Assembly (NCBI GenBank): GCA_019239875.1
Contig: JAFAZI010000031.1
Location: 9,233-73,232 of the forward strand
Direction: 5' to 3'
Origin: Frankiaceae bacterium
GTDB taxonomy: Bacteria > Actinomycetota > Actinomycetes > JAFAQI01
Length of the DNA stretch: 64,000 nt
The position numbers and the translations under genes were made by a program. The notes beneath the pieces are model-generated. The model had not been told where the DNA came from. It saw only the letters and a program-made list of their open reading frames with translations, and did no database searches. This document shows positions 27,935 to 38,910 of the stretch, in pieces. Numbering within the stretch: position 1 is the first letter of the stretch; each line of letters opens with the position of its first letter.

Positions 27935-29289
27935 GCGCGTGCCCCCCCAGGGCTGGTCGGTTCGATGGTGGTTGATTCTGTCGCGTGCGCCGGCCCGAGG
28001 ACGCGCGCCGCGGTGACCGGCATGACGCGTCCTTTGACCTTCTGTGCCGGCAGCGATTCGAACTGCCAGCCGTTGCCGAGCTCGGCCGTCGGTCCGCTGA
28101 CCACCGTGGTGCCGGCCGGTCGGGCGAGGTCCTGGAGACGCTGGGCCAGGTTCACGATGTCGCCGACGACGGTGTACTCCAAGCGCTCCTCGCTGCCCAG
28201 AAGCGCCGCCGCGACCTCACCAGTCGACAGGCCGATCCCCAAGCCGAACGGAGAGAGTCCGGCGGCACCCCATGTGGCGTCGAGCGCCGCCTGCCGCTCG
28301 TGCATCGCCGCAGCCGCGGCAAGCGCCTGCGTCGCATGATCAGCCTGCGGGAACGGCGCCCCGAACACCGCCATCACCGCGTCCCCGACGTACTGCATCA
28401 CCGTGCCGCCGTGAGAGAGGACTGCCGCGTTCATCTCCCGGCGGTGCTCGTTCAACTGACCGGCGAGCGCCGCCGGGTCGGTGCGCTCCGCGATGCCGGA
28501 GTAGCCGCGAACGTCGGACATGAGCACCGTGACGGTCAGGCGCTCGGTCTGGCCCGGCTGGCCGCCCTGCTCCCGGAGCTTGCGAACGAGCCCACCGGGA
28601 AGAAGTCGCGACAATGTCTCGCCCTGTTCTTCCCGATCGACGATTGCCTGCTGCAGCATCCGTAGTCGACGCAGCGCGCCCTCCCGACCGGCTGTGGCAT
28701 CCTGCGCCAGATGCAGGAACAGTGCTTCGATCTCGCCATTGATCGTCTCGAGCGGGCAGGCCCGGGCGGCGGCGATCGCCTTGACCGTGCGTCCCTCGGC
28801 GATCATCCGCAGCAGGTCCTCCTCGGCTGGGGCGAGCTCGTCCGGGCCTCGCACCGGGGTCACGAGGGCAGCGACGATCTCCGGGTCGAGCATCGACCCG
28901 CCGGTCGCGACCTCGCGAATCGCACGGGCCAGCCGGTCGCCATCCGCGACGCGGTCCTTCAGCAGATAGGCGAAGCCGGCGGCGCCGTCGGAGAGCAGTG
29001 ACACCGCATACTCCGGCTCGTCGTACTGGGAAAGCACGACAACTCCCGTTCCTGGCAGCCGTCGCCGGATCTCCTTGGCGGCCTCGATGCCTTCGTTCTG
29101 GAACGACGGGGGCATCCGGATGTCGGTGACGAGAACCTGCGGCGCGAGCGACGACGCGGTGTCGACGAGCTCGTCGTAGTCACCGGCCACGCCGACGACG
29201 TCGACCTCAGGGTCACGATCGAGGAGGGCGCGCACGCCCTCGCGGACGATCAGGTTGTCGTCCGCCAGCACCACGGTGATCGCTTGCAC
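27931..29289 (-). CDS. Response regulator (REC + degenerate LuxR HTH) fused to class III nucleotide cyclase
   Basis: LADD, VTDIRMPP, YLLK; cyclase motifs LMSDVRGYS, QYVGDAVMAVFG, EYTVVGDIVNLAQRL, VKGR. Confidence 0.9.
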   Translation of the reverse strand: MQAITVVLADDNLIVREGVRALLDRDPEVDVVGVAGDYDELVDTASSLAPQVLVTDIRMPPSFQNEGIEAAKEIRRRLPGTGVVVLSQYDEPEYAVSLLSDGAAGFAYLLKDRVADGDRLARAIREVATGGSMLDPEIVAALVTPVRGPDELAPAEEDLLRMIAEGRTVKAIAAARACPLETINGEIEALFLHLAQDATAGREGALRRLRMLQQAIVDREEQGETLSRLLPGGLVRKLREQGGQPGQTERLTVTVLMSDVRGYSGIAERTDPAALAGQLNEHRREMNAAVLSHGGTVMQYVGDAVMAVFGAPFPQADHATQALAAAAAMHERQAALDATWGAAGLSPFGLGIGLSTGEVAAALLGSEERLEYTVVGDIVNLAQRLQDLARPAGTTVVSGPTAELGNGWQFESLPAQKVKGRVMPVTAARVLGPAHATESTTIEPTSPGGARA

Positions 29290-29459
29290 GGGGCCATTAA
29301 CCCGCGCCGGGGCCGATCAGCGAAAGGGGGGCAATGCCCGTGTTCTCGGATGCTGGCACCCCTACCGGTTCACGGGGCTGCGCCCTCGTACCCACCGAGC
29401 GCGATTCCTACGGTGACGGAAGGCCGCTGGACTCGGCGCGACCTTAGGGAGTGGTGGGG

Positions 29460-30458
29460 ATGAAGGTAACTGGCAGCGCGACGTCGATCTCATGGATTCC
29501 CTCGGAGGCCGTCACTGGCCCGACGAAGGCAACGTTCGGGCTCGGAATCAGCCACTACGACAGCCCGCCGCCTGACGTCATCACGGATCTTGAAGGCCTG
29601 TGTGCCGCGGACGGCTTCCGCTTCGCGAACCGCCTCACGGTGACCGCCGAGTTCGACGGTGACCGCCTCGTTTCCCATGACGTCGAAGGCGGGATCGTCA
29701 TGGGGGCCACGACGGTGAACGTCGCCAAGCTCGGCGCGACCTTCGAGGCGGTGTCGCTGCCGGACCTGCGGGCGCCGGTGGAGAAGGGGCCCGGATGGGT
29801 CCGCGTCACGCAGACCTGTGGCGGTCGTACGGCGCTGCCGCTGCCTCGCCCGGTCCGTCACCCACCGTTCGTCAAGCTGCAGGCTCCGATCGTGTGGACG
29901 ACGATCGCGCTGACCCTGCACTCCGACGGCCGTACCGAGGTCGCGCTGCCGAGCGCGAGCCGGTTCCCGCGGCACTGGGTCTATGACACCGACGGCAAAC
30001 TCGTGCTCAAGACGGCGCTCGCGGAATATCACGAGTGGATGGCTCATTCGTTCGGCAAGCGGACCCCGTGGGGCAACGACGACTCACAGGTCGTGACGAC
30101 CGCCGCTGAGACCGCGCTGGAACGCGACCTGTCCACCCGGATCATGCGAGCCGACGCCACGCACGACGTGCACAAACTCGACGCCGGCACCGTCCTCGCG
30201 AAACAAGGCGACCCTGGCGACGAGCTCTACCTTCTGCTCGACGGTGTCCTCTCGGTGGACGTCGATGGCGAGTCTGTCGCCGAGCTCGGTCCCGGCGCGG
30301 TTGTCGGCGAGCGAGCCGTGCTCGAGGGAGGTCGTCGTACGTCGACCCTGACGGCCAGCACGAGGGCAAAGGTCGCAGCGGTGGCCGCCGCCGACATCGA
30401 CCTGGATCGCCTTCGGGAGCTGGCAGAAGGACACAACCGGGAGTCCGCCGACTCCTGA
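29460..30458 (+). CDS. Cyclic-nucleotide-binding protein with unrecognised ~220-aa N-terminal domain
   Basis: C-terminal QGDPGDELYLLLDG...LGPGAVVGERAVLEGGRRTSTL cNMP fold; no TM segment or HTH. Confidence 0.85.
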   Translation: MKVTGSATSISWIPSEAVTGPTKATFGLGISHYDSPPPDVITDLEGLCAADGFRFANRLTVTAEFDGDRLVSHDVEGGIVMGATTVNVAKLGATFEAVSLPDLRAPVEKGPGWVRVTQTCGGRTALPLPRPVRHPPFVKLQAPIVWTTIALTLHSDGRTEVALPSASRFPRHWVYDTDGKLVLKTALAEYHEWMAHSFGKRTPWGNDDSQVVTTAAETALERDLSTRIMRADATHDVHKLDAGTVLAKQGDPGDELYLLLDGVLSVDVDGESVAELGPGAVVGERAVLEGGRRTSTLTASTRAKVAAVAAADIDLDRLRELAEGHNRESADS

Positions 30459-30460
30459 GT

Positions 30461-30745
30461 GGCGATCGGTCGACACCGATGGGCCATGCGCCCCTCAGGC
30501 GACGCCGAGCCGTGCGAAATGGGCGGTAAGAGTGTCCCCGGCCGCCCTTTCCGCCCGGCTCGGCGATCGTGTCGACACCGATGGGCCATGCGCCGAGGTG
30601 ACGCCGAGCCGTGCGAAATGGGCCGTAAACCCCGGCATTTTGGCCCGTTTCGCGTGGCTCGGCGATCGGTCGACACCGATGGGCCATGCGCACCCCGACC
30701 TGCGCACCGATGGGCCATGCGTGCGCGGCGCTCGGCGATCGGTCG
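30461..30745. repeat. Tandem ~100-bp palindromic (REP/BIME-like) repeat, two full units plus a degenerate third
   Basis: GGCGATCGGTCGACACCGATGGGCCATGCG at 30461, 30562 (1-nt insertion) and 30661; long hairpins CGCCGAGCC...GGCTCGGCG; lies between convergent genes. Confidence 0.85.
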
Positions 30746-33109
<2,364 letters not shown>

Positions 33110-33132
33110 TGCCTGTCTTCGAGCCGATCAGA

Positions 33133-33153
33133 GTTGAGTCCGGTTCGCTCAAC
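33133..33153. promoter_or_regulatory. HAIR-like (HspR) operator upstream of lon
   Basis: GTTGAGT-N7-GCTCAAC versus consensus CTTGAGT-N7-ACTCAAG; lon belongs to the HspR regulon in Streptomyces. Confidence 0.75.
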
Positions 33154-33201
33154 GGCAGGATGCGCCAGATTGTTTCCGGTGTTCGCTCTGCGAGAACGCC
33201 G

Positions 33202-35127
33202 CTACTTCCGCGCGATCGGGGCGGTGATCAGCTCGTCAGGAATGCCGAAGGCCTCGACAAGGTCGGAGGCGAACGGCCGTAACGCATGACAGAGGTCGTT
33301 CACCGCAGTGGTGATGGCCTTGCTTCGAGTGGGCGTGAGCCGGTTGTGTTCGAGGAACCAGGCGCGTTCGGCCTCGATCGTCGCCAGCGCGTGAAGGTCC
33401 GCAAGCCGCGACATCAACACCTTGGTATCGCCATCCTCCATTCGCTCGACGGCGGCCGCGAACGCCTCCATGATGCGGGCGTCGGCGTGCGCGCGAGCGG
33501 CGAGCAGCAGGTGGTCCTGCGCGTGATTGAAGACGACGAACGGATCCTCGTCGGCCTCGAATCCCTTCTTGAGGCGCCGCGCGACACCCTCGAGCGTGTG
33601 CTTCTCCCGGAACGCGATCAAGGACAGCTGGTAGTCGCGATCCGTGAGGTTGGTGTCCTCGTCCGTGCCGGGGATCGCGTCGACGATGCGTTGGAACAGC
33701 GCCCGCGCTCCGGTGCGCTCGATCACGACTTCGGCGACGTGCTCGGCGACGAACCGCACCGTGCCGATGCTGTCGAGCTCACCGAACTCGGCCTGGAAGT
33801 TGGTGAGCAGGGTCTTCGCGACCAGCTGGAGCAGGACGGTGTTGTCGCCTTCAAAGGTTGTGAAGACGTCGGTGTCGGCCTTGAGTCCCGCCACCTGGTT
33901 CTCGGCGAGGTAGCCCGCGCCGCCGCAGGCCTCGCGGCAGTCCTGGATGGTCTTCGTCGCATGCCAGGTGGAAACGGCCTTCAGTGCGGCGGCGAAGGTC
34001 TCGAGCTTGCGCCGAGCCGCATCGTCGTCGGTGCATTCGGTTTGAACCTCGTGGAGCTCACCGACCAGTTCGGCCTGGGCGAAGCTGAGGGCGTACGTCT
34101 TCGCCAGAGCGGGAAGCAGCACTCGCTGATGGGCCAGATAGTCGAGGACCGCGATCTCGGTCTCGCTGTCCGGTGCCTTGAACTGCCGGCGGCGGTCGCC
34201 GTAGCGAACCGCGATCAGCAGTGCTTTCTTGGCAGCGCTCACGGCCGCACCGGAAATGCTGATCCGGCCCTGAACCAGCGCGCCCAGCATCGTGAAGAAC
34301 CGCTTGTTCTCGCTCTCGATGGAACTGGAGTAGGTGCCGTCCGCTGCCACCGTGCCGAACCGGTCGAGCAGGTTGTCGCGGGGGATCCGGACGCCGTCGA
34401 ACGAGATCCGACCGTTGTCCACGCCGTTCAGGCCGGCCTTGATGCCGTCGTCCTCGATGCGGACGCCGGGTTGGATCTCGCCGGTCTCATCGCGGATCGG
34501 AACCAGGAACGCGTGGACGCCGTGTGACTCGTCGTTAGTGATCAACTGGGCAAACACCGCCGCCATCCGGCCGTGGCGCGCCGCGTTGCCGATGTAGTCC
34601 TTGCGCGCCTCGTCGTCGGGCGTCGAGATGACGAACTCATCCGTCGCCGGGTCGTAGGTCGCCGTCGTACGCAGCGATTGGACATCGGAGCCATGACCGG
34701 TCTCGGTCATCGCGAAGCAACCGGGGAGGGCGAGCGACAAGATGTCTTCGAGGTAGCGGTCGTGGTGCCGCTTCGTGCCCAGGTTGCGCACGGTGCCTCC
34801 GAACAGCCCCCACTGCACGCCACCCTTCACCAGCAGGGAGAGGTCTCCGAACGCCTGCGTCTCGAAGCCACTGATCGCACCTCCCACCTCGTCGAGGCCG
34901 CCGTACTCCTTCGGGAACAGCAGTTTGGGCCCGTCGCTCTTGGAGATTGCGAGGGCCTGCTCGAAGATGTGGTCGCGCTGCTCGTCGAGGGTGAGGCCCT
35001 CACGCGGGACGAACACCGGATCGCGCAGCGTCTCGCGTGCTTGGTCGCGGACGTCCGCCCACCGGCCGTCGAGCAGTCGGCGGATCCTTGCCACATCGAT
35101 GTCCAGGTCGAGGGCGTCGATCGTCAT
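33202..35127 (-). CDS. Acyl-CoA oxidase/dehydrogenase
   Basis: GCFAMTETGHGSDV, KAGLNGVDNG, REACGGAGY, TFEGDNTVL. Confidence 0.9.
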   Translation of the reverse strand: MTIDALDLDIDVARIRRLLDGRWADVRDQARETLRDPVFVPREGLTLDEQRDHIFEQALAISKSDGPKLLFPKEYGGLDEVGGAISGFETQAFGDLSLLVKGGVQWGLFGGTVRNLGTKRHHDRYLEDILSLALPGCFAMTETGHGSDVQSLRTTATYDPATDEFVISTPDDEARKDYIGNAARHGRMAAVFAQLITNDESHGVHAFLVPIRDETGEIQPGVRIEDDGIKAGLNGVDNGRISFDGVRIPRDNLLDRFGTVAADGTYSSSIESENKRFFTMLGALVQGRISISGAAVSAAKKALLIAVRYGDRRRQFKAPDSETEIAVLDYLAHQRVLLPALAKTYALSFAQAELVGELHEVQTECTDDDAARRKLETFAAALKAVSTWHATKTIQDCREACGGAGYLAENQVAGLKADTDVFTTFEGDNTVLLQLVAKTLLTNFQAEFGELDSIGTVRFVAEHVAEVVIERTGARALFQRIVDAIPGTDEDTNLTDRDYQLSLIAFREKHTLEGVARRLKKGFEADEDPFVVFNHAQDHLLLAARAHADARIMEAFAAAVERMEDGDTKVLMSRLADLHALATIEAERAWFLEHNRLTPTRSKAITTAVNDLCHALRPFASDLVEAFGIPDELITAPIARK

Positions 35128-35234
35128 CAGGTCCTCCCCGCGCGTTGATCTTGACCCAGATTTACCCGGCGCCGGGCGGAATGAACACCCGTTCTCGCGG
35201 GCATAAATGCGACGTATAGGAAGCGAGAGTTCTC

Positions 35235-35393
35235 ATGCCGTCACATCGATCCGGGACTTTCATGCGCGAGCGGGAACGCGAAACGCCGCAGAAAGTCGCG
35301 GAGATCAGATATCGCAAGCAGGGTATGCCGACCAGACGGACGATCACATTGCCCGACTCGAAGGTGCGCAGCCCGCAGCAGACCAAGGGCTGA
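35235..35393 (+). CDS. Possible 52-aa basic small protein (absent from the ORF track)
   Basis: MPSHRSGTFMRERERETPQKVAEIRYRKQGMPTRRTITLPDSKVRSPQQTKG; purine-rich upstream; fills the intergenic gap. Confidence 0.4.
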   Translation: MPSHRSGTFMRERERETPQKVAEIRYRKQGMPTRRTITLPDSKVRSPQQTKG

Positions 35394-35423
35394 ACTGCCC
35401 CAACCGACCTGTCCTGGCGGGAA

Positions 35424-36425
35424 TCAGGCGCTGACCGCCGCCACATCCTCGGCAGTCGCGCCGGCTTCGGCCAACGCCGCCACCAACTCATCCTTCGTCA
35501 TCGAGGATCGACCTGCGATGTCGTGGTCCGCAGCGAGCTGGGTGAGTTTGGCCTTCGACAGCTTCTCCAACTGCGGCCGCGCTGCCCCCTTGCCCTTCGA
35601 TGGGGCATCCGGCTTGGCGGACCCGCTCTTCGTGGACTTGCTGGCCGCCTTCCCGGTGCGAGCGACGGACGCCTCGAGGGCGGCCATGAGGTCCACGACG
35701 TTCGTCTTCGGCTTCTCAGCCTTGGCGACGACCGCCTTGCCCTCGCGCTTCGCTTCGATCAGCTCCTCGACCTTGTCGCGATAGGTGTTGTGGTACCGCT
35801 CCGGCTCCCATTCGACGGTCAAGGACTCCACAAGGGTCTTCGCGACGTCGAGTTCGCGCCCTTCGAACCGGCTCTTGTCCGGCAGCGAGTCCAACTCCTC
35901 GCTCGCCGAGCGGATCTCCTCCGGGAAGAACATGGTCTCGACGACGAGGACGTCGTCCTGCGGCCGGATCGCGACCAGGTGCTCCTTGTCGCGCAGGATC
36001 AGGGTCGCGACACCGATCTTTCCCGACTCCTCCATGGCCTGTCGCAGCAGGGAGTAGGCCCGGTCGGCACCCTTCCCACGCGGCGCCAAGTAGTAGGACT
36101 GCCGGAAGTAGATCGGATCGATCGATTCGAGGTCGACGAAGTCACTGATCTCGATGAGCTCGGATTTGCCCGGAGCAACCTCCTTGAGCTCTTCCTTGGT
36201 GACGATGACGTACTCGCCGTCGCCGAGATCGAACCCGTTCACGATGTCAGAGGCCGGGACCTCCTCGCCGGTCACCTCATCGACCTTCTTGTAGCGGATC
36301 CGATTCCCAGTCTTGCTGTTGAGCTGGTTGAAATGGATCGTCTGGTCCTCGGTGGCGCGGAACATACCGACGGGAACGCTGACCAGCCCGAAGCTCACGA
36401 AGCCGGTCCACAATGCCCGCGCCAT
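35424..36425 (-). CDS. ku: NHEJ Ku protein with C-terminal Rho_N-like tail
   Basis: RALWTGFVSFGLVSVPV, RIRYKK, IDPIYF..SYYL, VVDLMAALEAS; tail IAGRSSMTKDELV. Confidence 0.95.
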   Translation of the reverse strand: MARALWTGFVSFGLVSVPVGMFRATEDQTIHFNQLNSKTGNRIRYKKVDEVTGEEVPASDIVNGFDLGDGEYVIVTKEELKEVAPGKSELIEISDFVDLESIDPIYFRQSYYLAPRGKGADRAYSLLRQAMEESGKIGVATLILRDKEHLVAIRPQDDVLVVETMFFPEEIRSASEELDSLPDKSRFEGRELDVAKTLVESLTVEWEPERYHNTYRDKVEELIEAKREGKAVVAKAEKPKTNVVDLMAALEASVARTGKAASKSTKSGSAKPDAPSKGKGAARPQLEKLSKAKLTQLAADHDIAGRSSMTKDELVAALAEAGATAEDVAAVSA

Positions 36426-36478
36426 CACATCTCCCGTCGATTACCGGTATTTGATTGTCGCATGCGAGGGTCACCCCG

Positions 36479-37756
36479 ATGACTGTCGAACTGGACGCTC
36501 CGATGTCGGCGATCGCACCGGGCGACCTCTCGCGGCTGCGCCGGATGAAGGCGACCGCGACCGGTTTCCTCGCCACCGCTGCCGTGATCTATGGGTGCAC
36601 GTTCATCGGGTCCGGCGGTGGCAATGGTCTGGTCGGCTTCGTTCGGGCAGGGTCGGAAGCCGCGATGGTCGGTGGCCTGGCGGACTGGTTCGCCGTCACG
36701 GCGTTGTTCCGTCGCCCGTTCCACCTTCCGATCCCGCACACCGCCATCATTCCCAACAAGAAGGACGAGATCGGCTCGAAGCTCGGCGCATTCGTCACGG
36801 CTAACTTCCTGACCGCCGACCTGATGACTCGACATCTTGCAGAGGCGAACATCGTCAGCAAGGTCGGGCGCCGGCTACGAGAGCCGATGTACGCCGATCG
36901 GCTCGGCGTCGAGGTGTCGCACGCGATATCGGTTGCGCTGGAGGAGATCGATCCAGACGCCGTCGTGAGGTTGGGAGTTGAGCTCGCCCGGCGCGATCTC
37001 GAGCGCCGTTCCTATGCCCCGCTCCTCGGTCAGCTGCTCGAGCGTCTTGTCGAGGGCGACGTGCAGCGTCCGCTCGTCGAGCTGATCACGTCCCGCGCCC
37101 ACGCGTACATAGCGGCAAATCGCGCCGAGCTCCAGCCGATGTTCAAGGAGTACCTCGAAGACCAGCACTTCTTGCTCTGGCTCGCGATCACGGACAAGCG
37201 CACTGATCGGCTGATCGACCTGGCCCTGCGGGTGTTGGACGAGATGACCCGCGACGCGCGCCATCCGCTGCGCCGATCCATCGATGGGATGTTGCAGTCA
37301 CTCGCCGAGAGTCTGCAGTCCGACGGCGTCGCGGCCGCGCGACTCGACGCGATCGCCAAGCAGATTCTCGACAACGACTCCTATCAGGAGCCGCTGCGCC
37401 ACTTCGTCAGGGACGCCGTCGCTTCGTTCCGGACGATGCTCGACGACGAGCAGGGTGCCCTCGCGGCGTCGGTCTCGCAGTTCATCCAGGGCATCGGTCA
37501 ACGAATCGAGAACGACGCGGCGTTCGAGGCGATGCTCGAGGCCTGGTTGCTCCGCATCACCTTGCACGCCGTCCGCGACTACGGCGACGAGCTCACCACC
37601 CTGATCCGGCGCACGGTCGCCGGTTGGGATCCGACCGCCGCCTCCCGGCGAATCGAAGTGGCCGTCGGGCGTGACCTCCAGTTCATCCGGATCAACGGCA
37701 CCGTGGTCGGCGCACTGGCCGGGCTCACCATTCATGCCGTGACGGTCGCGGTATGA
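36479..37756 (+). CDS. DUF445 family membrane protein
   Basis: EAAMVGGLADWFAVTALFR, PHTAIIP, GRDLQFIRINGTVVG. Confidence 0.92.
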   Translation: MTVELDAPMSAIAPGDLSRLRRMKATATGFLATAAVIYGCTFIGSGGGNGLVGFVRAGSEAAMVGGLADWFAVTALFRRPFHLPIPHTAIIPNKKDEIGSKLGAFVTANFLTADLMTRHLAEANIVSKVGRRLREPMYADRLGVEVSHAISVALEEIDPDAVVRLGVELARRDLERRSYAPLLGQLLERLVEGDVQRPLVELITSRAHAYIAANRAELQPMFKEYLEDQHFLLWLAITDKRTDRLIDLALRVLDEMTRDARHPLRRSIDGMLQSLAESLQSDGVAAARLDAIAKQILDNDSYQEPLRHFVRDAVASFRTMLDDEQGALAASVSQFIQGIGQRIENDAAFEAMLEAWLLRITLHAVRDYGDELTTLIRRTVAGWDPTAASRRIEVAVGRDLQFIRINGTVVGALAGLTIHAVTVAV

Positions 37757-37805
37757 CGGCTGCTTCGGAATCCGTTGCGATTGCGTGACGCTGCCAGCGT
37801 TTCCG

Positions 37806-37833
37806 TTGACGCAGAGCGCTTACCCCATAGGAT
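37806..37833 (+). promoter_or_regulatory. Housekeeping-sigma promoter giving a leaderless transcript
   Basis: TTGACG-N16-TAGGAT, 6 nt before GTG 37840. Confidence 0.65.
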
Positions 37834-37839
37834 CCGGTC

Positions 37840-38910
37840 GTGGATCATGCTCAGGGGGAGCCACAACCCCCACCGGCCGCGATTCGGCTGACCGGGCTTC
37901 GGAAACGCTTCGGTGACACGGTCGCGCTCGATGGGGTCGACCTCGCCATCCGGGCCGGTGAGTTCTTCACCATGCTCGGGCCTTCCGGCTCCGGGAAGAC
38001 GACGATGCTGCGGGTGATCGCGGGCTTCGAGCAACCGGATGCCGGAACCGTCGAGTTGCACGGTGAGGACGTGACCCAACGACCGCCGTACCTGCGTGAC
38101 GTGAACACCGTGTTCCAGGACTACGCGCTGTTCCCGCACATGGACGTGCAGGACAACGTCGAGTACGGCCTGCGGATCCGCAAGGTCGATCGCTCACGTC
38201 GACGGGAGAGAGCCGCAGCGGCGCTCGAGCTCGTCGGTCTCGCCGGTCTTGGTTCAAGGAAGCCGAGCGAACTCTCGGGTGGTCAGCGACAGCGCGTCGC
38301 GCTGGCGCGCGCGATCGTCAACGAGCCGTCGGTTCTCCTGCTCGACGAGCCGCTTGGCGCGCTCGATCTCAAGCTGCGCCAAGGCATGCAGGTAGAGCTC
38401 AAGCGAATCCAGCGTGACGTCGGCATCACCTTCGTCTACGTCACCCACGATCAAGAAGAAGCGCTCACGATGAGCGACCGGGTCGCGGTGTTCAACCGCG
38501 GCCAGATCGAACAAGTCGGCTCACCAGTCGAGATCTACGACCGACCGACTACGGAGTTCGTTGCGGGGTTCGTCGGCGTCTCGAACCTCGTGTCACATGG
38601 TGGCCAGACGTACGCGATCCGGCCCGAGCGCGTACAGCTGCTCGACCCGACCGGCGTCGCGCCGACCAGCGCCGTACTCAGCAGGGGGACCGTGACGGAC
38701 ACGGTGTTTCTCGGCGTACTGACCCGCTACACCGTGGCGCTCGACGACGGCGGGTCGCTTGTGGCCGTGCGACCGAATCTCGAACGCGGGTCGCTCTCGG
38801 AGAGCGACCTGCGCGGTCAGGCGGTCATCGCCGCCTGGCAGCTCGATCAGGCAACTGACATCGAAATGTCCGCCGACCTGGCGGGGGAGCATGTGGAGGA
38901 ATCAGCATGA
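37840..38910 (+). CDS. PotA/YdcT-like ABC ATPase
   Basis: GPSGSGKT, VFQDYALFPH, LSGGQRQR, LLLDEPLGALD, TOBE-like tail. Confidence 0.93.
   Translation: MDHAQGEPQPPPAAIRLTGLRKRFGDTVALDGVDLAIRAGEFFTMLGPSGSGKTTMLRVIAGFEQPDAGTVELHGEDVTQRPPYLRDVNTVFQDYALFPHMDVQDNVEYGLRIRKVDRSRRRERAAAALELVGLAGLGSRKPSELSGGQRQRVALARAIVNEPSVLLLDEPLGALDLKLRQGMQVELKRIQRDVGITFVYVTHDQEEALTMSDRVAVFNRGQIEQVGSPVEIYDRPTTEFVAGFVGVSNLVSHGGQTYAIRPERVQLLDPTGVAPTSAVLSRGTVTDTVFLGVLTRYTVALDDGGSLVAVRPNLERGSLSESDLRGQAVIAAWQLDQATDIEMSADLAGEHVEESA

Noticed and set aside
27931-30458. Pycsar anti-phage system (cyclase plus cNMP effector)
   Set aside because: The genes are divergent, the cyclase carries REC-HTH, the receptor has no TIR or TM effector, and the context is not a defence island. 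Kept as a signalling hypothesis instead.
30461-30745. CRISPR array (30-bp repeats at regular spacing)
   Set aside because: The ~70-bp intervening segments are similar to each other and self-complementary, there are only three copies, and no cas genes are in the window
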